This document shows, piece by piece, positions 30,124 to 39,361 of a stretch of 64,000 nt of DNA (position 1 is its first letter; each line of letters starts with the position of its first letter). Under the pieces are notes generated by a model. It was not told the DNA's origin. It saw nothing but the letters and a program-made list of their open reading frames with translations, and did no database searches. The translations under genes were made by a program, and so were the position numbers. The stretch is taken from NCBI GenBank assembly GCA_964491475.1, contig CAZBFO010000002.1:144501-208500 (forward strand). Reading direction: 5' to 3'. Origin of the DNA: an uncultured Gammaproteobacteria bacterium. Lineage in GTDB: Bacteria > Patescibacteriota > Patescibacteriia > SG8-24.

Positions 30124-30153
30124 AAAAGCACGGACGATCGTCCGTGCTTTTTT
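30124..30153. terminator. Bidirectional terminator
   Basis: Perfect palindrome AAAAGCACGGACGATCGTCCGTGCTTTT between convergent genes. Confidence 0.85.
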
Positions 30154-30163
30154 CGTGTCATGC

Positions 30164-31591
30164 TCAGGCGATTTTTCTCACCGTTCCCGCCGGCGCCCCG
30201 ACGGGCGCAGGACTCATCGCCGCAATGGCGTCCTTGACGGTGCGGACGTCCGCGGTGCGTATGCCGGCGACGGGTTTCTTGGTTCCGGAGCGCGGAAAGC
30301 CGGCGATGGCCACGGTCATGCCGAGTGCGGCGGATTCTGCCAGGCGGCGATCATGCGCGGTGACCGGCCGCACTTCGCCGCCGAGCCCGAGCTCGCCCCA
30401 GGCAACCAAGTGGGAGGGGAGCGGTACGTGCTTGAAGGCCGATGCCAAAGCCAGAGCGACGGCCAGGTCCGCGGCCGGTTCTTTTATCTTGATGCCGCCG
30501 ACGACGTTCACGTACACGTCGTATTCGCCGAAGTCCAAGCCGGCGCGCCGGCCGAGCACGGCCAGCAGCATCTCCACGCGCGACTGGTCCACGCCGGAAC
30601 TCTTGCGTGACGGGTAGCCGAAGGAGGTGCGCTGCGCCAGCGCCTGGATTTCGACCAGCATCGGCCGCGACCCTTCCATGATGCAGCAGATGGCCGAACC
30701 GGGGACGCCTTCGAGTCGCGCGTCGAGCAGGTACGCCGACGGATTCTTGATCTCCGTCAGGCCCGCGTCGTTCATCTCGAAGATGCCGCTCTCGTCGGTG
30801 GAGCCGAAGCGGTTCTTGAGGGAGCGCAGCACCCGCAGCGGATGATCGCGCTCGCCCTCGAACGACAGCACCGTGTCGACCAGGTGTTCGAGCGTCTTGG
30901 GGCCGGCGACGTTGCCGTCCTTGGTGACGTGTCCGATGAGCAGCAGGGGAACGCCGGAGGATTTGGCCAGCGACACCAGGCGGGCGGCCGCCGCGCGCAC
31001 CTGCCCGACTGCGCCCGCTTCTGCGGGCACGTCGTCGCAGTGCAGCGTCTGTACCGAGTCGATGACCGCGAAGGCGGGCTGCTCGGAGAGCACCGTGGCA
31101 GAGAGCACCGCCACGTCGGTCTCGTTCAGGAAGAACAGGCCGTGCTGGTCGAGCCCCAAGCGGTCGGCGCGCATCTTCACCTGGCTGGCGGACTCTTCGC
31201 CCGAAACGTACAGCACCTTCTTGCCGGCGGCCGCCAAACGCGCGGCCAGCATGATGGAAAGCGTCGACTTGCCGATGCCCGGTTCGCCGCCGAGCAGGGT
31301 GATCGAACCCGGCACGATGCCGCCGCCGAACACGCGGTCGGCTTCGGTCATGCCGGTGGGAATGCGGCGCTCGCGCTCGGAGGCGAGGCCTTCGAAGGCG
31401 GAAACCTTGGCGGGCTTGGCCGTCGCCGCTGCGGCGCCGCCTGCTGCTCCGAACGACAAGCTGGCCTTCCTGGCCGGCACCGCCTCTGCGCTCATCGTGC
31501 CCCAGTGGCCGCATTGGAGGCACTGTCCGGTCCACTTCGGGCTCTGCGCGTCGCAATCCTTGCAGGTGTAGATGGTGGTGGGGGCTTTCAT
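30164..31591 (-). CDS. radA: DNA repair protein RadA/Sms
   Basis: C4 zinc finger, GEPGIGKST, KNRFG. Confidence 0.96.
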   Translation of the reverse strand: MKAPTTIYTCKDCDAQSPKWTGQCLQCGHWGTMSAEAVPARKASLSFGAAGGAAAATAKPAKVSAFEGLASERERRIPTGMTEADRVFGGGIVPGSITLLGGEPGIGKSTLSIMLAARLAAAGKKVLYVSGEESASQVKMRADRLGLDQHGLFFLNETDVAVLSATVLSEQPAFAVIDSVQTLHCDDVPAEAGAVGQVRAAAARLVSLAKSSGVPLLLIGHVTKDGNVAGPKTLEHLVDTVLSFEGERDHPLRVLRSLKNRFGSTDESGIFEMNDAGLTEIKNPSAYLLDARLEGVPGSAICCIMEGSRPMLVEIQALAQRTSFGYPSRKSSGVDQSRVEMLLAVLGRRAGLDFGEYDVYVNVVGGIKIKEPAADLAVALALASAFKHVPLPSHLVAWGELGLGGEVRPVTAHDRRLAESAALGMTVAIAGFPRSGTKKPVAGIRTADVRTVKDAIAAMSPAPVGAPAGTVRKIA

Positions 31592-31680
31592 ACTTCGGCA
31601 TTTTCGCACGAATGCATCGGTGCGGCAACGCGCTGCTTACGCCAACGAAAAAGCCGCGTCAAGTGACGCGGCTCGCGGGA

Positions 31681-32394
31681 TCAGAGCAGGTCTCTTCGCC
31701 GTTTTTTGGTCCCGTGGCGCTTTTGGAAGAGCAGCACCTTGGCCTTTTTCTCTGCAGGCAGTCCGGCGCGCAACGCCGCGGAACGGTTGAGGCGCGCTTG
31801 CAGCACGCCTTCGTTCTGCAGGAGCGCGGCGGCGATCATCTCGTTGAACGGTTTGCCGCCGTGCTGACGGAGCAGGGCCAGGAGCGACAGCATGCTGCGG
31901 CTGTCGGCCAGCAGCAGGTTCAGGAAGCGCGGCGCGTTCGGGTTGGTCAAGTCCACGCTGCCGCAACGGCCGCAGGCCCAACCGATCCAATGGATGCGGT
32001 CGCCACCGTGCGTCGCGACCAGCGGCGTTTCGCCCAGCATTCGGATGGCGTGAGCGTCGCAGGTGGTGCAACGGCTGTTCGGGTGCAACCTGCTGACGCA
32101 GACGGCGTATTCCGCCTGCGGTGCCGTGGCCGTGATGGAAACGTCGGCGCTTTCGTGCCAGCGGAAGCCGAGCTTTTCCAGCTCGATCAGCCAGGCGGGC
32201 GGGTCAGGTTCGGACAGGGGAGCTGCCCGCGCAGTCTCGGCCTCGGGAACGGCTTCCGGCTCGGGATCCGGGACGCGCATGACGGGCGGCTTGCGGCGGC
32301 CAAAGTTGCGCAGCAGGCCCGCAATCGTCACCGCCATGAGAGCAGCGACGATGATGGCTGCTGCACCTAGCGATGCGTAAACGTAAACGGGCAT
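31681..32394 (-). CDS. Hypothetical membrane-anchored protein with CxxC pairs
   Basis: AAGGAG RBS; N-terminal TM; CTTC and CGRC. Confidence 0.6.
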   Translation of the reverse strand: MPVYVYASLGAAAIIVAALMAVTIAGLLRNFGRRKPPVMRVPDPEPEAVPEAETARAAPLSEPDPPAWLIELEKLGFRWHESADVSITATAPQAEYAVCVSRLHPNSRCTTCDAHAIRMLGETPLVATHGGDRIHWIGWACGRCGSVDLTNPNAPRFLNLLLADSRSMLSLLALLRQHGGKPFNEMIAAALLQNEGVLQARLNRSAALRAGLPAEKKAKVLLFQKRHGTKKRRRDLL

Positions 32395-32480
32395 TGCGGC
32401 TCCTTGGCAAGGGGAAAAGGACGACGGGGGACCGTACCAGAAGGCAGGCGCCGCGTCAAAGAGCCGACCTCCCGTACCGT

Positions 32481-33677
32481 CTACTTGGTGTGCGTGTTGT
32501 TTGGCGAAAGCAGGCAGTGATCCTGCATCACCTGGAGAAGCACGGGGACGTAGTTTTCCGCCGTCGCGTAGCCCCACGATTTTACGAACTTCGCGTAGCC
32601 GACCGGGTTTTTTGAATAATCCCTCCAATTTTTTCGGGTGACCACCTTGTTGTGCGCCTCGAAGGCGTCGTCCATGGAATTGAAGCGCTGAAAACAGGAG
32701 TAGAAGGGCACCTGACCCTTGCCGTCGTGCAGGTCCTCCTTGGTGGCCGCGCTGATGCAGTCGTCGGGGCAGGTGGGACGTTCGATGCCCTCGCCGCCGC
32801 GTTTGTCGCGGCCGCCGGAATAGCACTTGATGCCGAAACAGTTGTACTTGCCGATGCAGTTCTTCCCGAATCCGGACTCGACGCCGAACTGCGCCAGCGT
32901 CAGCGCGGCAGGCACGCCGGTCTTTTCCTGAAGCCGCACTGCGGCATCGCGCATCTCCTGCGTGACCGCCTTGTTCTTGCAGTCAGCCGTCTTGGGCACC
33001 GTCAAATCTTGAGGCTCCTTGTCGCTTTCGTTGAGCGCGGGAATCGGACCCATGCTCGAGGACATGAAAGCGGCGTTTTCGGGACCGGGGAAGTGCTCGA
33101 ACACCTTCTTTTCCACGTTCAGCACGGAGAGCACTGCCGGACTTACCAGTTCGGGATTGACCAGCCTCAAGATGGCGTTCGCTCCGGCAACCAGGACCAG
33201 GCCGACCAATGCATCGGTAATGCGCTTCTTGCCGGCCGTCACTCGGGCGGCATCGCCGCCGGCAGTGAGATACTGGAATCCGCCGATCATGCACATCACC
33301 GTTGCCAGCAGACCGGCGAATCCGAACGCATACTTGTAGACGCCGTTGACGTATTGCGCCAGCCAGGGGATGTCGATGTATTTCGTCGTTCCGTCCTGCC
33401 TCGAAGTGTATTTGGTGAAGTTGACGTCCGGGATGGGAATGGTCAGCGCCGGTCGGAAGGATTCGGTGGAGTCCGCCTTGTTGGAAGGGGTGGGCACGGG
33501 ATTGCCTTTCGAATCCTTGCCGGTCGCGGCCTCGATGGTGGTGTTGGTCGGGACTTCGGCGCGGGCAGGAAAAGCCTGCAGCAGCGTCGCTGATGCCGTC
33601 AAAAGGCCGAACGCGAAAAACGCAAACGTCGTCGCGCGCGCAGTTGATGAAGAGGGTCGGTGGAGAAGGCGTCGCAT
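32481..33677 (-). CDS. T4SS-pilin-like domain fused to GH73 glucosaminidase/muramidase
   Basis: Signal peptide; IGGFQYLTAGGD..KKRITDALVGL pilin hairpin; AQFGVESGFG, NCFGIK, F.SMDDAF, GYAT. Confidence 0.8.
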   Translation of the reverse strand: MRRLLHRPSSSTARATTFAFFAFGLLTASATLLQAFPARAEVPTNTTIEAATGKDSKGNPVPTPSNKADSTESFRPALTIPIPDVNFTKYTSRQDGTTKYIDIPWLAQYVNGVYKYAFGFAGLLATVMCMIGGFQYLTAGGDAARVTAGKKRITDALVGLVLVAGANAILRLVNPELVSPAVLSVLNVEKKVFEHFPGPENAAFMSSSMGPIPALNESDKEPQDLTVPKTADCKNKAVTQEMRDAAVRLQEKTGVPAALTLAQFGVESGFGKNCIGKYNCFGIKCYSGGRDKRGGEGIERPTCPDDCISAATKEDLHDGKGQVPFYSCFQRFNSMDDAFEAHNKVVTRKNWRDYSKNPVGYAKFVKSWGYATAENYVPVLLQVMQDHCLLSPNNTHTK

Positions 33678-33731
33678 TCGGTGTCTAATTACGTTTATAC
33701 CGGCTGGTCACCGTCTTTCGGCGGCGAGAAA

Positions 33732-35012
33732 TCATGGTGCCGAGGCCGGAGGATTGGTCTTGCACTTTTCGTAGTTCGAAATACGTTTGAGGATGATGGG
33801 GTTGTCAGGCGCGATCGTCCCGGCATAGCAGACGTAGCCCGCGGCGACGTTGGAACCGTTGGACGTCCTTCCCCAGCAGTTCTTGTAGTGGTCGACCATC
33901 GCTTCTGCCTGTTTCTGCGAGTCGAGCAGTTCGGGGATGGTATAGCAGGTTCTTCCGTTGATGCTGAAGCCCCTGCCCATGCTTTCCTTTCCCGCGCAGG
34001 GCGGGCTATTCGGGAAGATGGTCGATTGGCCTGATCCGAAACCGTGCGAGAAGCGCCAGTCCAGCCCGTAGTCCGGCGGTTTCGTCACGTCGAAGGTTCC
34101 GATGTCGTCGTTGACTGACGGTCCCTGCTTTTGGCAGCTTTTGTCGTTGCAACCGGCCGCGGGGAACGTGGCGCCCGAATACATTTTTCCGCTGTTGATG
34201 AACTGTCGTCGAGCTCCGACGCTGAAGACGTCCGTTGCGGCGTTCTCATCGTGACCGAGCGCATCTTGCCTTCCGCCGGATTCCTCCTGCATGGACGCGT
34301 AAATGAAGCAGGCGAAGTCGTCGCCTGGAATTTTTTCGCGAGCCACCTTCATGGCCAGCCCGATCATTTTGCCCGAGGGAAGTGCCGCATGTCCGGTGGC
34401 GGCGATCATGTTCTGGGCGGAAATCCTTTCGAACTGCTTGGGTGGTACGGTTTGCACCCTTAGGACCGTAAGGGACACGAGCCCGCTGTTCACCGTGCGG
34501 AGCAGCGCGTTGGCACCGAGCAAGAGCAGCAGGCCGACCAGGGCGTCCGTGATCCGCTTCTTGCCCGCGTCGACACGTCCCTTGTCGCCGCCGGCGGTCA
34601 GGTATTGGAATCCGCCGACCATGAACATCACCGCTGCCACTATTGAGGCGATGGTGACGGCATAACGGTAGGCGGCGTTGACGTATTCCGCCAGCCAAGG
34701 CACGTCAATGTATCCCGTATCAGATTTTGCCTTGATTGTGGAAAAGGTGAGACCGGGGACGGGGATGCTGATGGGCGGTCGGAAAGATTCGGTGGAGCTG
34801 GAGGGGTTTGACGGTTCAGGCACGGTCGTTTGCGGGGCTGGAGCGCTGGGAGCGGGACTCAACCACTCGGCGCGAGCGGCGGGGGCGGTCAGCAGGAGCG
34901 ATGTCGCGACGAGCAGCGCTTGCGTTACCAGGAAAAGACGGACGGTCAAGAGGGGGCGCCTTGCCGCGCCTCGCGTGTTTTCACGGTGTCCGTCGCGGTT
35001 CGCTTTCGTCAT
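33732..35012 (-). CDS. T4SS-pilin-like domain fused to lysozyme/lytic-transglycosylase-like domain
   Basis: Same pilin hairpin; YASMQEESGG catalytic-Glu-like motif, G.GQ; Cys-rich. Confidence 0.65.
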   Translation of the reverse strand: MTKANRDGHRENTRGAARRPLLTVRLFLVTQALLVATSLLLTAPAARAEWLSPAPSAPAPQTTVPEPSNPSSSTESFRPPISIPVPGLTFSTIKAKSDTGYIDVPWLAEYVNAAYRYAVTIASIVAAVMFMVGGFQYLTAGGDKGRVDAGKKRITDALVGLLLLLGANALLRTVNSGLVSLTVLRVQTVPPKQFERISAQNMIAATGHAALPSGKMIGLAMKVAREKIPGDDFACFIYASMQEESGGRQDALGHDENAATDVFSVGARRQFINSGKMYSGATFPAAGCNDKSCQKQGPSVNDDIGTFDVTKPPDYGLDWRFSHGFGSGQSTIFPNSPPCAGKESMGRGFSINGRTCYTIPELLDSQKQAEAMVDHYKNCWGRTSNGSNVAAGYVCYAGTIAPDNPIILKRISNYEKCKTNPPASAP

Positions 35013-35067
35013 AGGCGGTCGATGTCATCGTGTTGCTTTTTCTGGCCGTCCGTTTGATGCCGATCCT

Positions 35068-35610
35068 TCAAGGAATCTTGCACGGCCTGGACGTGGCAGC
35101 TTCTTCGGCCCTGCATTTGTAGTAGCGGGGATCCCAAAAGTTCACGGCAGGCGAGGGAACGGTAAGAGTGACCTGTCGCGCTTCGCCGCCCTTCTTGAGG
35201 ATATCCGCGATGTCCGCCACCGGCGTCGACGCGCTGCCGCCGTTAAGCATGATGTCGACGAAGGAACTGGGGCAATTCAGGAGGGCGCAGCGCTGGCTCG
35301 TGTCCGGGGCAGAACCGTTGGTGTAGTTGACGATGAAAGTCTTGCAGACGAGCGTGTTGTTGAAGCCGGCACCGCAGTCGCCGTCGCTCGAGCATTTGGC
35401 CGGCGGATTCAGCTTGCCGGCCGGCCCTTCGCCATGGGTGGTGGCACCGGGAAGGATGGCATTCAGTGCGGCCCTGCGGTCCTCGGCGTACAAAGGCGGC
35501 ACCGAGTAATAAAATACGGCGAACGAGAACGTGGCAGAGGCAAACCGGATGCCCCATCTGAAAAAAATTTCCATTCGCGCATTCGCGTGAGTCGACATAG
35601 CTATCTGCAA
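35068..35610 (-). CDS. Small secreted Cys-rich hypothetical protein
   Basis: Signal-like N-terminus, KCSSDGDCG, 7 Cys; start uncertain. Confidence 0.55.
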   Translation of the reverse strand: MQIAMSTHANARMEIFFRWGIRFASATFSFAVFYYSVPPLYAEDRRAALNAILPGATTHGEGPAGKLNPPAKCSSDGDCGAGFNNTLVCKTFIVNYTNGSAPDTSQRCALLNCPSSFVDIMLNGGSASTPVADIADILKKGGEARQVTLTVPSPAVNFWDPRYYKCRAEEAATSRPCKIP

Positions 35611-36767
35611 TCGTTTTTTAGCAGGTCACCGCCCAAGAAAAAGCAATGGCTTCCTCCCACGCTTTCCCGATTTCCTGACGGATGGTCGAGCTGTATCTCG
35701 TAGTGCCATGTCTCCACGCAGAGCCGTACCCATCCGTGCTGTTCCATGAAAGCCGGGACGTAGACCTTGTCCTTCATCTTGCAGACCGATCCGTCTATTT
35801 TCATGTCCATCGCGCGGCCCGAGGCATGGCCCGTCGCGCAGCAGCTGTTCGACGGCGCGGGAACGCCGGCATAGCGATTGCCGCAGGCCGCCGTGATTTC
35901 CGCGTATCGGCCGAACTGGCCCTCTTGGGTTCTGGTCGTATCGGAGATTTCCATGACGGAGCCGCGTTCCGCGACCGCCTGCGAAAGTTCTACGAGATTC
36001 TGGGACAAGGCGGAATTGATCAGGAGGCTGGTTTTTCCGCCCTTGAACGCACTGAGATTTATGCCGGGAATTTTATCGATGCGCATGAAATCCCGCGTAC
36101 AGGCCGCAGCCGGAACTGCCGTCCCTCCTCCCGGGCCGCAAGCGGCGGGCCCGCCTTTGCCACCGCCGCCGCCGGCCGCGGCCGGGGTCGGAAGCGCGTC
36201 GATCATGGGTTTGCCGTCGAAAGTGAGGTCGTTGAAGCTGATGCGCTGGACAGTCTTCACCCGTATCGTATCGAGGACGGTCAAATTGGGATTGACCACC
36301 ACGAGCAGGGCGTACGAACCTAGGGCGAGCACGAGTCCGACTATGGCGTCGGTGATGCGCGTTTTGGCCTTGCTTACTCGGCTCGCGTCGCCGCCCGCCG
36401 TGAGGTACATGAATCCGCCGATCATGAAAATGACCATGGCCAAAAGGGTCGCCAAACCGACGGCGTACTTGTAGGCGCCGGTGACGTACTCGGCAATCCA
36501 CGGCACGTCGATGTATCCCGAGTCGGAATCCACCTTTATGGCGCTCAAGCTGACGTTGGGAATAGGAATGGCAAGGGGCGGCACGTTGGACTTTGGCGCG
36601 GCGGGAAGCGCATTCCCTTTCGAATCCTTGCCAGTGGCCGCCTCAATCGCCGTATTGGTCGGCACCTCCGCGCGAGCCGCCGGCGAATAAGGCAGCAGGA
36701 TGGCAAAAACGAATGCAAAAAAGGCGGCTACCGCAGCGGTAAAAATTCGGAGGCGTCGCGTGGGCAT
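35601..36767 (-). CDS. T4SS-pilin-like domain fused to M15 (D-Ala-D-Ala carboxy/endo)peptidase
   Basis: Pilin hairpin; SDTTRTQEGQ, GHASGRAMD (Hx6D), ETWHYE (ExWH). Confidence 0.8.
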   Translation of the reverse strand: MPTRRLRIFTAAVAAFFAFVFAILLPYSPAARAEVPTNTAIEAATGKDSKGNALPAAPKSNVPPLAIPIPNVSLSAIKVDSDSGYIDVPWIAEYVTGAYKYAVGLATLLAMVIFMIGGFMYLTAGGDASRVSKAKTRITDAIVGLVLALGSYALLVVVNPNLTVLDTIRVKTVQRISFNDLTFDGKPMIDALPTPAAAGGGGGKGGPAACGPGGGTAVPAAACTRDFMRIDKIPGINLSAFKGGKTSLLINSALSQNLVELSQAVAERGSVMEISDTTRTQEGQFGRYAEITAACGNRYAGVPAPSNSCCATGHASGRAMDMKIDGSVCKMKDKVYVPAFMEQHGWVRLCVETWHYEIQLDHPSGNRESVGGSHCFFLGGDLLKNDCR

Positions 36768-36852
36768 AAGCTTTGTTCTGCATAAATAATAGCACCTCCG
36801 GGGTCGTTTTGCGACCGGTCGGAGGCGCTCTGTCCCTATGGGGAAAACCGCT

Positions 36853-37548
36853 TTATTTGGGGCTCCTGTCGATGACCTGTTTGCCGAGTTTGGCCATTTC
36901 CGAGTCAACGTAGGACTGGAGCTGCTCGAGGCCGACGTCACCCTTTACCACGCGATCGTTGATGAACAGGTAGGGCGTGGCGTCGATGCCCAGGCGCAGG
37001 CCTTCTTCCAGGTCCCGCTTGACGACAGGAACGTCCCGCTTGTTGTCGATGCAGCTCTGGAAGCTGTCGAGATCCAACTTGAGCTGGGCGGCGAAAGTCG
37101 GGTAGTTCTTGGGGTCGAGAGCCGCCTGCTGCCTCATCAGCAGGTCGTGATACTGCCAGAAGGCTCCTTGATCGCCCGCGCAGCGGGCCGCCGCAGCCGC
37201 CGGAATCGCCTGCGCATGCAACGACCCGTTTGGCATGTCCTTCCATACGATGCGGACGTCTTTGGGGTACTCCTTGAGTATCTGCTTGAGCGAGTCCTCA
37301 ACCGAGGAGCATGGACCGCATTCGTAGTCGCCGTAGGAGAAAATCGTCACCGCAGCGCCTTTTGGTCCCAGCGTGGGGTTGCCGAAGGACAACGTCGGAT
37401 GCTTGAGCGGCACGATAACGCGGTCAGAAAGATTGGCCAGGTTCTTGTCCGGGCCGGCGTCGGGGGAAAGCGCGGCCAAACTGAACAGGAACAGCAGCAC
37501 TGCGGCGCAAAGGATGACGCTGGCGATGAACAGGTTTGATTGGCGCAT
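36853..37548 (-). CDS. DsbA-family thiol-disulfide oxidoreductase
   Basis: DYECGPC, GAFWQYHDLL, GIDATP cis-Pro loop; N-terminal anchor. Confidence 0.9.
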   Translation of the reverse strand: MRQSNLFIASVILCAAVLLFLFSLAALSPDAGPDKNLANLSDRVIVPLKHPTLSFGNPTLGPKGAAVTIFSYGDYECGPCSSVEDSLKQILKEYPKDVRIVWKDMPNGSLHAQAIPAAAAARCAGDQGAFWQYHDLLMRQQAALDPKNYPTFAAQLKLDLDSFQSCIDNKRDVPVVKRDLEEGLRLGIDATPYLFINDRVVKGDVGLEQLQSYVDSEMAKLGKQVIDRSPK

Positions 37549-37566
37549 ACGCTTCGGTCGGGGCAG

Positions 37567-38796
37567 CTACAGCGAAATCTTATTGAGGACGCCGGTGCCC
37601 TTGTCGGTGAAATACAGGGTCTTCTTGTCGGGGGAGAGCATCATGGTGTCCACGGTATGGGTGCCTTCGGGGACGGCCACCTTGGTCTGGAGGCCCGTAG
37701 TCAGGCTGATCTTGTATATGGTGTCAGGGGTGCCGTCGGCGATGTCGGGCTGCAGGCCGGCGCCGCGGGGCAAGTCGTTGGGTACGCCGCAGTACATGGT
37801 GCTGTCGTCGGCAAAAGTGCACTTGTTCGCCCAAGTGTTGACGTTGAGATTGCGGCGGTTGCGGCCGATGTCGTCGCCTTGCGCGTCGACGACCCACAGT
37901 CCCGGCTTCCAGTCGTTGGCATGGCCCGAAACGCTGTAGAGCATCTGCTGACCGCTCGGCGCCCACTTGGGCTGGAATCCGAGGCCTTCCACCACCATCG
38001 ACTTGAAGTTCTGGCCGTATTGACCGAGGAGATACACTTCCTGACGGTCGACGTCCAGCGTCCTGCCCGTTGTGGCGGTGGCCAGAATGTCGTTGTTGGG
38101 CGACCAGGCTACCTGCACCTTGTCCTGATTTTCGCCGAGTTCTTGGAACGGATGGGCGCCGGAGCCGTCGGGATTGACGGTGACGAGGAAGCGGGCGTCA
38201 GGGTCGGTGCCGACGCTCTTGGCCACGATCTGCTGGCCGGACGGGCTGAAGTCGAAATCTTCCCAGTGCTTGGGGAGCGTCACCTGCCGGTTGGTGGTAA
38301 AGTCGTAGACCACGTTGGAGCCGTCCGGGTATTCGATGACGGCCTTGTCGCCCTTGGGATCGAATTTGGCGTTGCTGACGTCGTAGAAGACGTTGTTGGA
38401 AAGGGCGCTGACCGTACCGTCATTGGTGACACGATAGAATTTGCCGTCCGCGCGATTGTAGTAGTTGAGGTTGCCGTTGGCCGAAATCGACGCGCCCTCG
38501 GTCGGAGCGGCCACGACGGGCGTTACGGCAGTCAGTCCGCCATTTGCGGTGGGCGAAACGATGGGAACCTGACTCGGCGGCAGGACGGTCGGGGCGTTTA
38601 CTCCGCCGCTCGGGACCGGCGCGCCCTGCCCTGCGGTAGGCAGGCCCACGCCGCCGCCCGCGTTGACGTTCTCGTTACCGGTCGGCGTCACTTCGGCCGG
38701 CTGGAAGCCCCGGAAGAACATGTAATACAGCCCGAAGCCGATGCCGACGGATATGGCGAGGAAGCCGATGAACAGGAGGACCTTCTTGAGTTGCAT
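37567..38796 (-). CDS. Membrane-anchored TolB/WD40-like beta-propeller protein
   Basis: TM + Pro linker; repeated FSPSG/WSPNN/WAPSG/LSPDK. Confidence 0.75.
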   Translation of the reverse strand: MQLKKVLLFIGFLAISVGIGFGLYYMFFRGFQPAEVTPTGNENVNAGGGVGLPTAGQGAPVPSGGVNAPTVLPPSQVPIVSPTANGGLTAVTPVVAAPTEGASISANGNLNYYNRADGKFYRVTNDGTVSALSNNVFYDVSNAKFDPKGDKAVIEYPDGSNVVYDFTTNRQVTLPKHWEDFDFSPSGQQIVAKSVGTDPDARFLVTVNPDGSGAHPFQELGENQDKVQVAWSPNNDILATATTGRTLDVDRQEVYLLGQYGQNFKSMVVEGLGFQPKWAPSGQQMLYSVSGHANDWKPGLWVVDAQGDDIGRNRRNLNVNTWANKCTFADDSTMYCGVPNDLPRGAGLQPDIADGTPDTIYKISLTTGLQTKVAVPEGTHTVDTMMLSPDKKTLYFTDKGTGVLNKISL

Positions 38797-38806
38797 ATGC
38801 CGCTGG

Positions 38807-39361
38807 TCAGAAGAGCTTAAGGTAGTTGAAGACGTCGCGGAAACCGAGCTGCTTTGCCATGTCGAGGGCGCAGGACGGCGTGAAGGCGCACGCGAGTATC
38901 GACACGATGGTGAACAAGAACACGAGTATCATCAGCTCAATCAGCGTCGCCAGTCCCAGCTGAAAGTGCTCTCGGAGCGTCGGTTTAAAGGTGCCCTTTA
39001 CCTTCAGCATCGCGCAGACCCACCAAAATTGCAGAATGACCAGAGCGATGATGCAAGAGCCGTCAACGACGTCGAGGAGATCCGGCCACACTACTTTGTC
39101 AAGCAATTCTTTGATGCCGATGGCCAGGGCGTTCTCCGCAAGTTGAGAGGCGCTTGCCTGTCCCGAAAGGATGTTCTTGGCGGCATTGATACTCTGCATT
39201 TCAGAGCCGCCCGTGGCACCGCCTCCCGCGACCCCTTCCGCTCCCGGACCGGGAAAAAAACCCGGAGACCGTTGCAGCGCGAGCGCCTGCGACATCTCCA
39301 GCTCGCGCTTCCAGCGCAGCTGATCCTCCGACGTGGCGGATTGGAGCGGTTCGTTAGGCAT
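38807..39361 (-). CDS. Hypothetical membrane protein
   Basis: ATG overlaps the clpC stop by 8 bp; 2 TM segments. Confidence 0.65.
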   Translation of the reverse strand: MPNEPLQSATSEDQLRWKRELEMSQALALQRSPGFFPGPGAEGVAGGGATGGSEMQSINAAKNILSGQASASQLAENALAIGIKELLDKVVWPDLLDVVDGSCIIALVILQFWWVCAMLKVKGTFKPTLREHFQLGLATLIELMILVFLFTIVSILACAFTPSCALDMAKQLGFRDVFNYLKLF

